From the NCBI GenBank assembly GCA_030829545.1, contig JAURAI010000001.1, forward strand, positions 70,234 through 134,233: DNA of 64,000 bases. Direction: 5' to 3'. The DNA is from Poseidonia sp. (GTDB lineage: Archaea > Thermoplasmatota > Poseidoniia > Poseidoniales > Poseidoniaceae). The notes under the pieces are model-generated. The model had not been told where the DNA came from. It ran no database searches and was given only the letters and a program-made list of their open reading frames with translations. Below are positions 39,648-50,364 of the stretch, piece after piece. The stretch's first letter is position 1. Each line of letters begins with the position of its first letter. A program made the translations under genes and the position numbers.

Positions 39648-42183
39648 GTGTATTATCATGGCACCAGGTATCATTCAAGGCTTTTCTTTTGCCATGATTG
39701 GGCCCCTTTTCTTTGCCATCCTGACGGCTTGGTTTTTTTGGGACAAGGTCGTCCCCCGGCAACTGAAAGGACTCCAAGTGGCCTTTCAAACTGGAAACCG
39801 AACCTACGAAGTTCATCGAGTCACATCAACGGTTGAGGACGTCAAGGACCTGCTCGCTCGCCGAGGAACTCGCTTTGGAGTCGTCTCATACCTCATGGCT
39901 CTCACTGGAAGCCTCATTTTATTGTTTGAATTTACAACGTTCAGAGTCGAACTTTCCGAAGGCTATCATGCGCCTTCGGTGGCTCTTGCGCTGATTCTCA
40001 TCATGCTTCCTGCGGTCGTATCGAGTGGAACATCCTTGGGCGCTCAAGTGATTCGTCCTCTGGGAACCAACCGCGCAACGCTGCAGAACAATACACGTGC
40101 ACGAAACATCGCTTATGTTGCCCTGACCCTTTCGTGGCTTTTCTTGGCCGGAATGGTTGGATTGGTCGTGGATGCACAAGGTGGGTCACAAACACAAAGT
40201 GTCAGCATCGCAGCTTTCATCGCCTTCAGTCCAGCAGTTCTTGCCTATGGACGAATTCTTGGTTCATCGTGGAATGCCCTGAAGCAATCCTCGCAACAGA
40301 TTGGAAAAGGGAAGCCATCACCCTTCCACAATCACATTCCAAACGCACGTCAGCAATTCATCGCTCAAGTCGTTCATCTCAACTTGGTAGCCATGCCATT
40401 TGTTGCTCTTAATACACTCATCTCACTGCTCTTCTTGCTGTATAACCCGGACATGTTCATCCATTCCGACCGCGTTCTTGAACTTCCAGAATACCGACTC
40501 CAAAGCACCTACATGGAAGAAGGCGGGTTGCTTGGTTTCTGGCTCATTGAACTCTTTTCAAACATACCACAGGCGGGTATTCGAGTACCTATTGTGACCT
40601 CCCTGCTCTTGTTTTTGTTGCTCAACGTGGCGGCCATCGGATTCCTCTTTGTGTATGAAGTGGCCCGAATTCTTTTCCTTGACATCCAAGATGTTTCAGG
40701 AAAAGGAGGCATCCGCCTGGCAGACAGTCGTCTCTTGCGAGCCGAGCCTGTGCAGCAAGCGAACGTGTTGAATTTCTGTTTCACCGGATTTGCCGGTCAA
40801 TCCATGCTCCTGCTCGCCCTTGCGATGATCACGTTTTGGGATTCCAGTTTCCTCCCCCAAGGCAGCGCATGTGGTTCTTGGGAAGGCAGCGTATGTTCGG
40901 TTATGGAAAAGGACATGCTCGAACAATTGACGTGGATGCTCGCCTCGGGAGGTCAAATCGCATTTTTTGCAGTGTGGGCGCTCTCTTGGCGACGTTCAAA
41001 TCGACTTGATGATTTTACGTTCGATTCAACCATGGATGAAGACCGGACCAGACTTCGAGGCATCAGTGACATGATTTATCTCAAGCAGCGCCCAATCAAT
41101 GAACTCGTTGCAGGTGATGACTGGCAGACCGCACTCGACCGCTTTGAATCACATTCAATGCGCAATGAAGAACGCTTGGTCGGGTTGGACATGATACGGC
41201 AAACACAGGCGACCATGATGCTCAAGGTAGCCATCAACCGTTGGGACGATGCAGAAGAGGTCGCAGTTGACCTTCTAGCACTTCAAGGCGGACGAGATGC
41301 TCACCTCTCAAGGCTGACACTTTGTGCCGCTAGTCTGGCCCAACGCGACCTCAAAGAGGCCCGACCACGCCTCGCCCTTCTCAAGGACGATGATATCGAA
41401 GCAGTTCGCCTCAAATGGGTGGCTGCGGTATTGAATCCATCAACAAAACTCAGCCCAGAAGTCCGTTCCATGCTGAGTATTGACCCCATTACTCGGAAAA
41501 ATATCGCCATGCTACGTGAACTCAAGGAAGCACGGGTCGTAGCAGACCGACAGCGACTCAAACAGCCCACTGACCGGAGAATCTTCCTCAGTCAACTCGC
41601 ACGCATGCGGCTTGCTGGGCAGAGCGAACGCGCCCTTACGCTGCTTGAATTAGCCATGAAAGAGATGCAAGAAGAATGGGTGCACGGCACCATCGTTCAG
41701 AGTTTATTGAATTACGATGCGGGCAGAATGATGACAGCGGTTGACCTTGCTGAAAAATTACAAAAGTGCCATTCACGCAATCCGCATTTGCGAAGTGTTT
41801 TGCACCACTACGCTGATATGGGGCACACCACCTCACCCCCCTCTGAACAGTCGAAAATTGAATGGGCATTTGAGCAAGACTTGGATTGGCGTGAAAAATG
41901 GTCGGGCCATAACGTCAGCGTGCCTCCTCACATGAAGACGACAGACCTCAAAAAGCATGCATGGAGGGCCAATGCTTGGGTTGGTTTGACAAGTGAGAAA
42001 GGTTTAGCAGCTTTGCTCAAGGGCAAGCGTCAACATCAAAACCTCCCTGAAGACCTTCCTTTGTGCATCTATACGCATCTCGCTGGCCTGATGGTAACAA
42101 TCGGTGGAATGCCAGTGGATTTGGGTGTCCCCGGTACAATTCAACTCGATGATATTGAAGCAGCAAACCTGCTTGATTTGTAA
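39628..42183 (+). CDS. Large polytopic membrane protein (N-terminal ~430 aa, about 10 TM) with a ~420-aa cytoplasmic alpha-helical repeat (TPR-like) domain
   Basis: Hydropathy and helical-repeat composition only. No recognisable catalytic motif. The start is possibly ATG ~39658. Confidence 0.4.
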   Translation: MYRLHRECIIMAPGIIQGFSFAMIGPLFFAILTAWFFWDKVVPRQLKGLQVAFQTGNRTYEVHRVTSTVEDVKDLLARRGTRFGVVSYLMALTGSLILLFEFTTFRVELSEGYHAPSVALALILIMLPAVVSSGTSLGAQVIRPLGTNRATLQNNTRARNIAYVALTLSWLFLAGMVGLVVDAQGGSQTQSVSIAAFIAFSPAVLAYGRILGSSWNALKQSSQQIGKGKPSPFHNHIPNARQQFIAQVVHLNLVAMPFVALNTLISLLFLLYNPDMFIHSDRVLELPEYRLQSTYMEEGGLLGFWLIELFSNIPQAGIRVPIVTSLLLFLLLNVAAIGFLFVYEVARILFLDIQDVSGKGGIRLADSRLLRAEPVQQANVLNFCFTGFAGQSMLLLALAMITFWDSSFLPQGSACGSWEGSVCSVMEKDMLEQLTWMLASGGQIAFFAVWALSWRRSNRLDDFTFDSTMDEDRTRLRGISDMIYLKQRPINELVAGDDWQTALDRFESHSMRNEERLVGLDMIRQTQATMMLKVAINRWDDAEEVAVDLLALQGGRDAHLSRLTLCAASLAQRDLKEARPRLALLKDDDIEAVRLKWVAAVLNPSTKLSPEVRSMLSIDPITRKNIAMLRELKEARVVADRQRLKQPTDRRIFLSQLARMRLAGQSERALTLLELAMKEMQEEWVHGTIVQSLLNYDAGRMMTAVDLAEKLQKCHSRNPHLRSVLHHYADMGHTTSPPSEQSKIEWAFEQDLDWREKWSGHNVSVPPHMKTTDLKKHAWRANAWVGLTSEKGLAALLKGKRQHQNLPEDLPLCIYTHLAGLMVTIGGMPVDLGVPGTIQLDDIEAANLLDL

Positions 42184-43944
42184 TTAGATTCGTCGTCGTA
42201 GCCGTTCCATAGCAGCGTCGGCTTGAGAAAGGTGTTGAAGACATTCTTCGATTCGGCTGACGCCTAACATCTCCTCGGACAGTGCAATGGCTTCCTCACA
42301 GGCCCGTCGATCTTCATCGGTGATGGTAATACCGGCAGCTTCGCATTGATTTCGAAGGACCTTCCACTCATCCATCACGTAATCGTAGAGTTCGAGGGCT
42401 TCACCACTTGCTCGTCCTTCTTTGTCCAAGTCCGTCGTCATGCGTTCCAAGAGCATGCCCGCATGAGACCAGGACCGGTCGTCAGCCGCTTGTTCTATTT
42501 CAGCGAGCGCCTTTGCCCACGTATCCTCGTCATCTCGGCCTTCATACCGCTTGACCAGTTGTTTTCGCTGCTTGAGGGCACGAAGGACATCGTCCATCGC
42601 CGCACGCTCGCGTTGCAAGGTTCGTACCACACCATCAGCGAGACCAATCGCTTGACTGGCATTGCCTTCTTCAAGAGCGTTTTCTGCTTGCTTGAGGCGT
42701 TGTTTTCCTTCGTTCAAATCCAATCCGTCGGCTTGGTCTATCTGGCGACGGGCTTCTTTGATGGACTCAAGAGCACGGTCTTGTGCTTCACCTTCTGCTT
42801 CAAGTTGTCCAGGTATGACGACGGCAAATTCAAAGGCCTCACGGGGTTGTTCCTTCACCAATTTTTCTTTGGCATCCTTGAGAAGGTCTCGCAAGGTTGT
42901 GATGCCGTCTCCTTTCTTTCCGTCCAGTGCTCGAACGGCCTCAGTGATGGCAACCTCTGCTTGGCTCCACCATTCGATAACTTCGCCAGCTCGTTTCTTG
43001 GCTTGTCGGAACAATTGTTCACCTTCACGCAGTGAACCCAACCCAACTTCTCGCACTCCCATGTCGTAAGCCTTTCTCGGGCGTTTGACAACTGGGGCGA
43101 TTGATTCAGCTCGTTCAATGGCCTCGAGAGCGTCATGACGAATGATTTCAACATCGCCTGCGAAGGAAAGCGCTCGTTCCATGTCTTCTTCACTATCGTC
43201 AAGAAGGCGCATGCCATAGGTGGGGTCAAGGTGACCTTCTTCTTTGGCAGTGGTCAACAAACTTGCCGCCTGAGCGACCGCTGCTCCTTGTGCCTTCAAC
43301 TCAAGAAGGCGTCCTTCCAAACGGTCCAATCTCCTCTGGAATGCTTTTCGTTCTACCTTTTGATCGTCACCAACCGACCACGAATACACCGTATCGCCGC
43401 AGGCTAACACCGCAAAAGTAGCGGCCAGCCCACCTGCCAATGTGGTGAAAGATTCAACCTGAATGAGGACCAGTGCGACGGCTGATGCGCTGCCAATGCC
43501 CGTGAGAATGGAACGAAAGCGCAAGACTCCAAAGTGTCCACGAAGGGTAGTAACAGCCATCTTTCGAGCCACAAAGGCGGCGAAGAGGACGAGAACACTT
43601 CCTGCCGATGCCTGATTCGAGCCAGTATCAAGGCCCAAGGCTCCAATCACCAGAAGCACGGGCCACGCCAAAGCAGTGGATGAGCCCAAACGTGTACGGG
43701 CGGAGGGGTCGTCCAACACCAAATCTTGAAGGAAAATACCCCACAATATCAGAGCGAAGGGTGGGCCGAAATTAGTCAATACAACGCCTTCTCCTTGCGC
43801 CATACTCTTGAGCGTTGGCCAAGCCAACCAGACTGCACAGCCTAGAATGATAAAAGCAGTATACATGGCCATGGATTCAACGCGCTTCGTGCGTTGCAAG
43901 CGCTCGGCTTGAATCGCTGAATCAGCATCAGCCCATGTGACCAT
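42184..43944 (-). CDS. Membrane protein (about 8 TM N-terminal) with a long C-terminal coiled-coil domain
   Basis: Hydrophobic N-terminus followed by ~350 aa of heptad-like E/A/L/R/K-rich sequence. It is convergent with and directly abuts the preceding gene. Confidence 0.4.
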   Translation of the reverse strand: MVTWADADSAIQAERLQRTKRVESMAMYTAFIILGCAVWLAWPTLKSMAQGEGVVLTNFGPPFALILWGIFLQDLVLDDPSARTRLGSSTALAWPVLLVIGALGLDTGSNQASAGSVLVLFAAFVARKMAVTTLRGHFGVLRFRSILTGIGSASAVALVLIQVESFTTLAGGLAATFAVLACGDTVYSWSVGDDQKVERKAFQRRLDRLEGRLLELKAQGAAVAQAASLLTTAKEEGHLDPTYGMRLLDDSEEDMERALSFAGDVEIIRHDALEAIERAESIAPVVKRPRKAYDMGVREVGLGSLREGEQLFRQAKKRAGEVIEWWSQAEVAITEAVRALDGKKGDGITTLRDLLKDAKEKLVKEQPREAFEFAVVIPGQLEAEGEAQDRALESIKEARRQIDQADGLDLNEGKQRLKQAENALEEGNASQAIGLADGVVRTLQRERAAMDDVLRALKQRKQLVKRYEGRDDEDTWAKALAEIEQAADDRSWSHAGMLLERMTTDLDKEGRASGEALELYDYVMDEWKVLRNQCEAAGITITDEDRRACEEAIALSEEMLGVSRIEECLQHLSQADAAMERLRRRI

Positions 43945-44072
43945 ACAACAACCACACCTTCACCCCTCCATAATCACTCCGACGGGCTTCCCATCACCTC
44001 TGCACTCACATGAAATCCAGCGGCAATGTTCAAGGGTGTCTTTGAGGTGTAGCAGAAAAGAGAGGGAATTGT

Positions 44073-45020
44073 ATGCCGGGTCTCATCACAATGGACGATT
44101 TATCCAATGAGGAAATTATGAGCATCCTTGACGATGCTGAACGCTTGCTGCCTGTCGCTGAGGGGCGCACCTATTTGCCCCTGCTTCAGGGGAAAATATT
44201 GGGCAATCTCTTCTTTGAGCCAAGCACGCGAACACGGATGTCCTTTGAAACCGCCATGAAGCGATTGGGCGGCGATGTTGTGAATCTTGGTGATGTGAAA
44301 ACCTCCTCTGTTGTCAAAGGTGAAACCCTTTACGACACCATTCAGATGGTTGACGGCTATACCGACATTATTGCCATGCGCCATCCACGACAAGGTGCTG
44401 CGCAATATGCCCAAGATGCCGCCAGTGTGCCTATTTTGAACGGTGGTGACGGAGCAGGGCATCATCCCACTCAAACCATGCTCGACCTCTTCACCATTCG
44501 CCAGGCCCACGGCACCCTCGAAGGTCTGAAGGTGATTTTAGCAGGAGATTTGCGCTATGGCCGAACCGTTCACTCTCTCAGTCACGCACTCACTCGATTT
44601 GGTTGTGAATTGATTTTTGCAAGCCCTGAATTGCTCAAAATGCCGACTGAAATTGTCAACGACCTAACGAAGCACGGAGCGAATGTAACGGAAACTGAGG
44701 AATTGCTTGGCTCCATTGCTGACGCCGATGTGGTTTACATGACACGTATTCAGAAGGAACGCTTCGCTGATGAAGACGAATATACGAAGGTCGCTGGCGC
44801 TTACAAACTCAACGCCTCGAATCTTGAAGGAGCAAAAGAGAACATGATCATCATGCACCCGCTCCCCCGTGTTGACGAAATTCATCCTTCAGTTGATGGA
44901 ACGCGGCACGCCCGCTACTTCCAACAGGCATTCAACGGCGTGGTTGCTCGAATGGCGCTTCTTTGCCGTCTTTTAGGAATCAAGGTTCCTGAAACGATTG
45001 CGGACGGAGGTGAGGCTTGA
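44073..45020 (+). CDS. pyrB: Aspartate carbamoyltransferase catalytic subunit
   Basis: STRTR motif, HPTQ and the characteristic length. Coupled to pyrI by an ATGA overlap. Confidence 0.95.
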   Translation: MPGLITMDDLSNEEIMSILDDAERLLPVAEGRTYLPLLQGKILGNLFFEPSTRTRMSFETAMKRLGGDVVNLGDVKTSSVVKGETLYDTIQMVDGYTDIIAMRHPRQGAAQYAQDAASVPILNGGDGAGHHPTQTMLDLFTIRQAHGTLEGLKVILAGDLRYGRTVHSLSHALTRFGCELIFASPELLKMPTEIVNDLTKHGANVTETEELLGSIADADVVYMTRIQKERFADEDEYTKVAGAYKLNASNLEGAKENMIIMHPLPRVDEIHPSVDGTRHARYFQQAFNGVVARMALLCRLLGIKVPETIADGGEA

Positions 45021-45496
45021 TGGCACAAGAACACAACATGCGTCGTGTCACAGCGATTCGTAATGGAACGGTCATCGATCACATTCCTTCTGGCCACGCC
45101 ATGCGAGTGTTGGAGATGTTGGCTGTCGACAAATCCACCTCTGTCCCCGTATCCATGGTCATGAATGTCCCTTCGAAGAAGATGGGTACCAAGGACATCA
45201 TCAAGGTTGAAGATCGGGAACTGAATCAAGACGAATTGAACCGATTGGCTCTGGTCGCTCCTGATGCACGGGTCGCCATCATCCGCGCCTACAGTGTGGC
45301 TGAAAAGATGACAATTGAGCTTGGAGATGAGGTCACCAACGTCGTGAGGTGCACCTTCTCAAACTGTATCACAACCAACCCTCGTGAACCTTTGGCACAC
45401 CGCCTCAAGGTCATGTCTCGCGAACCATTGGAATTGCGCTGTCATTATTGTGGACGACCGCAGGACCTTGAAGAATTGATTCACAACCTGCTGTGA
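45017..45496 (+). CDS. pyrI: Aspartate carbamoyltransferase regulatory subunit
   Basis: C-terminal zinc domain CTFSNCITTN...CHYCGR and PyrI size. Confidence 0.9.
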   Translation: MMAQEHNMRRVTAIRNGTVIDHIPSGHAMRVLEMLAVDKSTSVPVSMVMNVPSKKMGTKDIIKVEDRELNQDELNRLALVAPDARVAIIRAYSVAEKMTIELGDEVTNVVRCTFSNCITTNPREPLAHRLKVMSREPLELRCHYCGRPQDLEELIHNLL

Positions 45497-45498
45497 AT

Positions 45499-46509
45499 TC
45501 ACTCTTCGATTTCAAGAAGGTCTCGCATATCACATGCTTTGCATTGTTCCTGTGAGGTCATACTACCGCACCTTGGACAGGCTTTGGGGGCATCAGGTCG
45601 GCTTTTTTGACCGCCCAATTCAACGACTTGGTCACGCAATAATTTGACTTGATCAGCCATTTTGACCAGCCCGTGGCGTGTCCCAGGAACATCGGCTTCC
45701 ATTTTCGCCACCATTTCGCGATGTCGCCAACGCAGTGCGCCCCGTGCATTCGGGCACTCCTCATGGTGAAGAGGGAGATCGCGATGAAGGGCATAGAGAT
45801 GTATTTCCTGTTCCGGAACCCAACGCAGAGGTACGATACGAGGTGCGAGACCATCTACTGGTGTTGAGGTATGTGGGGCGAGGCGAAGGGTTCGTTCGAG
45901 GTCACCGTTGGTGACGTTCATCAAGACCGTTTGAGCCATATCGTCGAGATTGTGCCCGAGCGCAATCACATCAGCACCGACCCGTTGAGCAAGGTGGTTG
46001 ATACCTTGACGACGGAAAACGCCGCAGTAAGCGCAGGCCATTCGTGGTGCATCGTTGTCCTTCTCAATGACCATCGGTAGGCGCTTGACAACTTCATCAA
46101 TCTCAGCGAATGAGAGTTCGGGATAGGAGACTACCTCATGAGCGATACCGAGTCGGTCGCACAGTGCTTTCGCACAATCGATGGATGGTGGACGATAGCC
46201 TTCAATTCCCTCGTCAACGGTTCCAGCCACGATAGTCACGTCACGACGTTTTCCAAGGAGATCAACGAGGCTGTCCAGTAATACGGCCGAATCCTTACCG
46301 CCAGAAACTGCCACGAGAATGGTGGTGTGCTCGCCTTTTTTGAGATGGAGTTGTTGTCGTAATTCCTTGCTGATTTTTTTACGAACGGATTTTGCAAGAT
46401 GCTTGCCACACAGGATTCTGCCAGAATAAGCCTGCTCAACAAGGGCTGGCTTGTCACAAGAGTCACATTGCGGAATCTGAAAAGCTGCGCTGGTTCCACC
46501 GCCTTCCAT
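45499..46509 (-). CDS. PP-loop ATPase tRNA 2-thiolation protein (TtuA/NcsA/Ncs6 family)
   Basis: SGGKDS PP-loop, N- and C-terminal CxxC zinc fingers, and central Cys (CAYCGV...HEECP) for an Fe-S cluster. Confidence 0.7.
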   Translation of the reverse strand: MEGGGTSAAFQIPQCDSCDKPALVEQAYSGRILCGKHLAKSVRKKISKELRQQLHLKKGEHTTILVAVSGGKDSAVLLDSLVDLLGKRRDVTIVAGTVDEGIEGYRPPSIDCAKALCDRLGIAHEVVSYPELSFAEIDEVVKRLPMVIEKDNDAPRMACAYCGVFRRQGINHLAQRVGADVIALGHNLDDMAQTVLMNVTNGDLERTLRLAPHTSTPVDGLAPRIVPLRWVPEQEIHLYALHRDLPLHHEECPNARGALRWRHREMVAKMEADVPGTRHGLVKMADQVKLLRDQVVELGGQKSRPDAPKACPRCGSMTSQEQCKACDMRDLLEIEE

Positions 46510-46839
46510 GGTTGGTGGGCATCGCTACATGGTTTCAATACAACGGAAAACCGGGGCGGCTCACAGGGCATCTCCCTGCGAATATTTTCAATTGTAAAAT
46601 CAATTATTCAATTAGAAAATTAAATTACGATTTACGCACGACGGTTCGTATCTTTTTGAGGCGATTTGGATGATTCATTTTTCAAAAGCGGAAAAAGCAG
46701 GGCCTGCAATCAAGTTTCTTGGTCTTTCAAAGCGCATTTCCAGTTGGAAAATCTCAAAGGGTCTTCAAATCAACAATAATGGCCGTTCAAGCGCAAAACT
46801 TCTTGAAGGCTACAGCGCTGTCACGGGAATTGAGCGAGC

Positions 46840-47181
46840 ATGTTGCAACGTCTTCTTACCGGATTCCTTCAACAGGAAGGCGTAGAGCAAGCCGTGATGT
46901 TTGACGAACGTGGCCGCCTCATGGCGAGTGTCGGTCGGCAAGGCCAACTACCAGCCCTCGAAGACGCCATAGCACTCACATCAGCGGCCTTGAGTGCTTG
47001 TGTTGAACACGAGCTGGGAGACCTCTACGAAATCTGGTCTGAAGGCGAACAACGAACGATGATCGACGTCATTACCCCCTATCGTATTTTGATGCTCAAG
47101 GGCCAAGGTGGCCGTCTTGCACGCTGGCGGCACAGCGTTGACCATCGCCGACGTCAATTGGCCACTACCCCCGAATTTTAG
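46840..47181 (+). CDS. Roadblock/LC7 (MglB-like) domain protein, standalone (113 aa)
   Basis: Size and pattern AVMFDERGRLMASVGRQ...LPALEDAIALTSAALS are consistent with the alpha-beta-alpha Roadblock fold. It directly abuts the next gene (stop/start adjacent). Confidence 0.5.
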   Translation: MLQRLLTGFLQQEGVEQAVMFDERGRLMASVGRQGQLPALEDAIALTSAALSACVEHELGDLYEIWSEGEQRTMIDVITPYRILMLKGQGGRLARWRHSVDHRRRQLATTPEF

Positions 47182-50100
47182 GTGAATACTATGTTTGAAC
47201 TACCCAAAGGAACGCCTGTTACCAAAGAGATTTCACTCGCTGAGGGTCATCTACAGCCCTTCGCCCACGGCGCTATTACAAGTTACATCGGTCGACGAAA
47301 AACACCGAGTGCCCATCGTTTGGTGCGTGGTGGACGCATCGTTGGTTGGATTGCGGAAGATAAGGACAAGGGCGTGATGCTTGGAGGTAGCGAAGCCCGT
47401 ATTCAATTGGAAGCCATCGAAGCCGAAGGAAAACTTCGCCTGGTTGGAAACAGGTACACTTTGAGTGGCCTTGGAGGGATTGCTGAGATCATTCCAGAGG
47501 CCTTTGAACACCAAGCAGACCGGCAGGGGTTGAGAGCCAGCACCAATTACGTTGCACGTTTACTGGCAAGGGACCTCTCGATGGTTGTAAAGACGCTTAT
47601 TCTTGATCCAACCGTGCGAGGCGCTATTGCTATTGACGGAGGCATGCTCATCGACGCTGCAGGTGACCTGCCTGGCTTTGGAGAGGAAGAAGCACTCGCA
47701 TCTCACGTGTATGACCTTCTTTCAAACATGCGAATGGAGGACCGCCCTCATCTCGCTGTCAAAGGACAAGGTCACTGGATTTTGCATACCGAAGAGGGAG
47801 CGCTCTTGCTCGCACAAAGCGGAGATATTGCACTTGCAGCTTGGACTGAACGTGATGCGAACCATGCTCGATTACTTTCTGCCACATCAACCGCTTTATC
47901 CGGCGATGTAGCATCTGCGGGTGAAGATGGAACAAAACTCCCTGAAGGGTTTACCCTGCGAGAAGGCCGTGGTGGTCCAGACGCCATTGTTTCCATGTTG
48001 AAGGCAGGCCTCCAAGAAGAAGTAACCGGCCATATTCAGTCGGGAAGTTCAAGCAAAGCTGTTTCATTGGTGCTGTCACAAGGTGTACCCGTTGCACTCT
48101 GGGCGCCTTCCGTCGACGACGAGACAGAAGCACTCCGATTGCTTACCGAGCCAAAGCGAAAGGTCCGTCTTGTTCGGCTACCTGCGGGCACCATCGTTAC
48201 CGCTCGTTCTGGGACAATCGCCTCGTTTTCTCTTACTGGTTTCATTGACCAGTTAGCCACCATCCGCACGCGTTCAGAAGCACGCCAGGAATCGTTGAGA
48301 GCCGCCCTTACCGACATGCTAGGATTCGAAGCAGGTATTGAGCAATTGCGGACTGAACGTGCAAAGTTAGCGTTCAAAACCGACGGCATGGAATCAGCCG
48401 TTCCCCTTCAGGTCATGCAAGAACAAGCCGTCTCGGCTGTGGATGAAGGATTGCGTCGCCGCCTGGAGAAATCGGAACAAACCGTGTCGGCATTGAACGC
48501 CTCCATCGCTGTACTCGAGGGTAAAATCAAGCAGTTAGAAACCAAGAAAGATGCAGCACAAATTGTTGCAAGAGAGGCCAGTGAAACACGACAAGAGCAC
48601 ACTGTCGCAATGGAAAACGCTCATGCACAACTCAACACGATGCAGGTTGACCTTGCACAATCAAGAGCCACTTCAGAAGAAGCAACGGCAAGGGCTGAAC
48701 GGTTGGTTCGAAGAGTGAATGAACTCGAGCATCAAGTCAGCGAGCGTGCGGCAGAATTAGCAAAAGCCATCGGTGAAGCAAGTTCGAGCGCAGAATTACA
48801 AAGCATGATCGAAGAACTCTCCCTCAAGGAAGCAGAGTTGCAAGCCAATTTGGGCGAAGGAAGTCAACGATTGACGACCATACGCCAGCAAAGCGATGAT
48901 GAAGAACGCCGATTGCGAGTTTTGACCGAACAAGTCAGCACCACTCGCGAGCGACATGCTCGGGCTCAATCCGACCTTCTCAGCCTGCAGGAACAGGTCC
49001 ACGTCCAACAACTTGAACTTGAAGCGGCTCGATTGGAGGAAAAGAAATCCCGAGGCCACGCTGACGAGGACCGCCGACGTCGTGCTGAAGAAGAAGCGCG
49101 ACGCTCCAACACCGAGGCTGAACTACGTGAATTGATGAATGAACGACGGCAAGTCCTCCGAGAATTGGGTGACTTGGGTGCCCGAAGAGGGCATGCTGAA
49201 GCAGAATTAGCCTCGCTTGTCGAGAAGGCCACCGACTTAGCCACCGCTCACGAGGAAGCCCTTGCCGATATACAAGAAGCAGAGCGCCTGCGTGCCCGGC
49301 TTGCCGAAGAACCACTTGCTCAGGCACTCCTCGACGATAACAACACCTTCCAGGGCCTTGGCCCCGTGTTGGAGCGACTTGAACACGCTCGAGAACTCGG
49401 ATATTCTGTGACGATGCTCGACAGGGCTGTTGAGCGAGCCTTGCAGGTGATTCAATCAACGGTTGATCAAGTTGCCGCAACACCTCGTCACCTGCTTTCT
49501 TCGGAAGTGATGACGCTCTTGGAACGACAGGTCCCTCAAACTGCAGGAGCCGTGCGAGGACTCGCACGCTGGTCAGTTCAGCAGCGTCTTGAACTCCAAC
49601 TTGGAGAAACAGTCAATCACCTTGTGCTTGACCTCGAACACCTTCTCGAGGATTACGACCGCTCGATTACAATGTTACGCCGAATCCGAAACGTGCTTGA
49701 ACAAATCGAGCGATTGGGGGCACCTGAGCATGAAGTCCACGCCCTCATGGCCAATTGTCAACGCCCAGAGGCGCTACCGAGTCTCGCCCTTGGAACGCGT
49801 AAGTTGATTCAAGTTGCTCTTGATGACATCTACCTTGAGGCAGACCAGCGCGATGCGGGAGAAGCGATTGGACTGGAAGAAACCGCCCGGGTCCTCGAAG
49901 AACTCATCACGCAACTGGATGCTTCAGGACTGACTGACGGCCGTCCACGCGGCATGCTTTGGGAATTCCAGCGGGATGGGTTGCTGCCCTTCGAGCGAGA
50001 TGCCATTCCTGCTGAACAACGTCTTCCAGTCGACGAAGGAATGCTGCACGCTTTGGAACCACACCTCCTTGCATCAGAGGCCTTAGAGGCCGTAGAGGCA

Positions 50101-50364
50101 CCTGCCGCAGAAGCCGTCGACAGTGACGGGTGGTCTGAACTTCCTGCGCCGAGCGACGATGCTGTCCATGCGGCGGTTGAATCTTCATCCCCTGCCACGA
50201 CCTCCCATGATGACCTGGACGACGAGAGAGCGAGACTCGAAGCAGAATTGGCCCGCATTGATGCAGAATGGAGTCATCGTGACGTACCCGCAGGCAACAC
50301 GCCTGTTCCTGCTGATGCTGCCCTCACAGACCTTGAGGCCCGGCTTTCAAACATTGACTTTTGA
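47182..50364 (+). CDS. Giant (1060 aa) protein: 2-3 N-terminal Roadblock/LC7-like modules + ~500-aa coiled coil (SMC/myosin-tail-like) + acidic C-terminal domain
   Basis: Modules at ~aa 1-110, 115-215 (RGAIAIDGGMLIDAAGDLPGFGEEEALASHVYDLLSNM) and 225-330. Residues ~380-900 are almost pure heptad E/A/R/L/Q sequence. The C-terminus is D/E-rich. Confidence 0.5.
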   Translation: MNTMFELPKGTPVTKEISLAEGHLQPFAHGAITSYIGRRKTPSAHRLVRGGRIVGWIAEDKDKGVMLGGSEARIQLEAIEAEGKLRLVGNRYTLSGLGGIAEIIPEAFEHQADRQGLRASTNYVARLLARDLSMVVKTLILDPTVRGAIAIDGGMLIDAAGDLPGFGEEEALASHVYDLLSNMRMEDRPHLAVKGQGHWILHTEEGALLLAQSGDIALAAWTERDANHARLLSATSTALSGDVASAGEDGTKLPEGFTLREGRGGPDAIVSMLKAGLQEEVTGHIQSGSSSKAVSLVLSQGVPVALWAPSVDDETEALRLLTEPKRKVRLVRLPAGTIVTARSGTIASFSLTGFIDQLATIRTRSEARQESLRAALTDMLGFEAGIEQLRTERAKLAFKTDGMESAVPLQVMQEQAVSAVDEGLRRRLEKSEQTVSALNASIAVLEGKIKQLETKKDAAQIVAREASETRQEHTVAMENAHAQLNTMQVDLAQSRATSEEATARAERLVRRVNELEHQVSERAAELAKAIGEASSSAELQSMIEELSLKEAELQANLGEGSQRLTTIRQQSDDEERRLRVLTEQVSTTRERHARAQSDLLSLQEQVHVQQLELEAARLEEKKSRGHADEDRRRRAEEEARRSNTEAELRELMNERRQVLRELGDLGARRGHAEAELASLVEKATDLATAHEEALADIQEAERLRARLAEEPLAQALLDDNNTFQGLGPVLERLEHARELGYSVTMLDRAVERALQVIQSTVDQVAATPRHLLSSEVMTLLERQVPQTAGAVRGLARWSVQQRLELQLGETVNHLVLDLEHLLEDYDRSITMLRRIRNVLEQIERLGAPEHEVHALMANCQRPEALPSLALGTRKLIQVALDDIYLEADQRDAGEAIGLEETARVLEELITQLDASGLTDGRPRGMLWEFQRDGLLPFERDAIPAEQRLPVDEGMLHALEPHLLASEALEAVEAPAAEAVDSDGWSELPAPSDDAVHAAVESSSPATTSHDDLDDERARLEAELARIDAEWSHRDVPAGNTPVPADAALTDLEARLSNIDF

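Noticed and set aside
46670-46885. 71-aa ORF in the long spacer upstream of the Roadblock gene
   Set aside because: Lys/Ser-rich low-complexity translation that overlaps the Roadblock start. More likely non-coding promoter or leader sequence.
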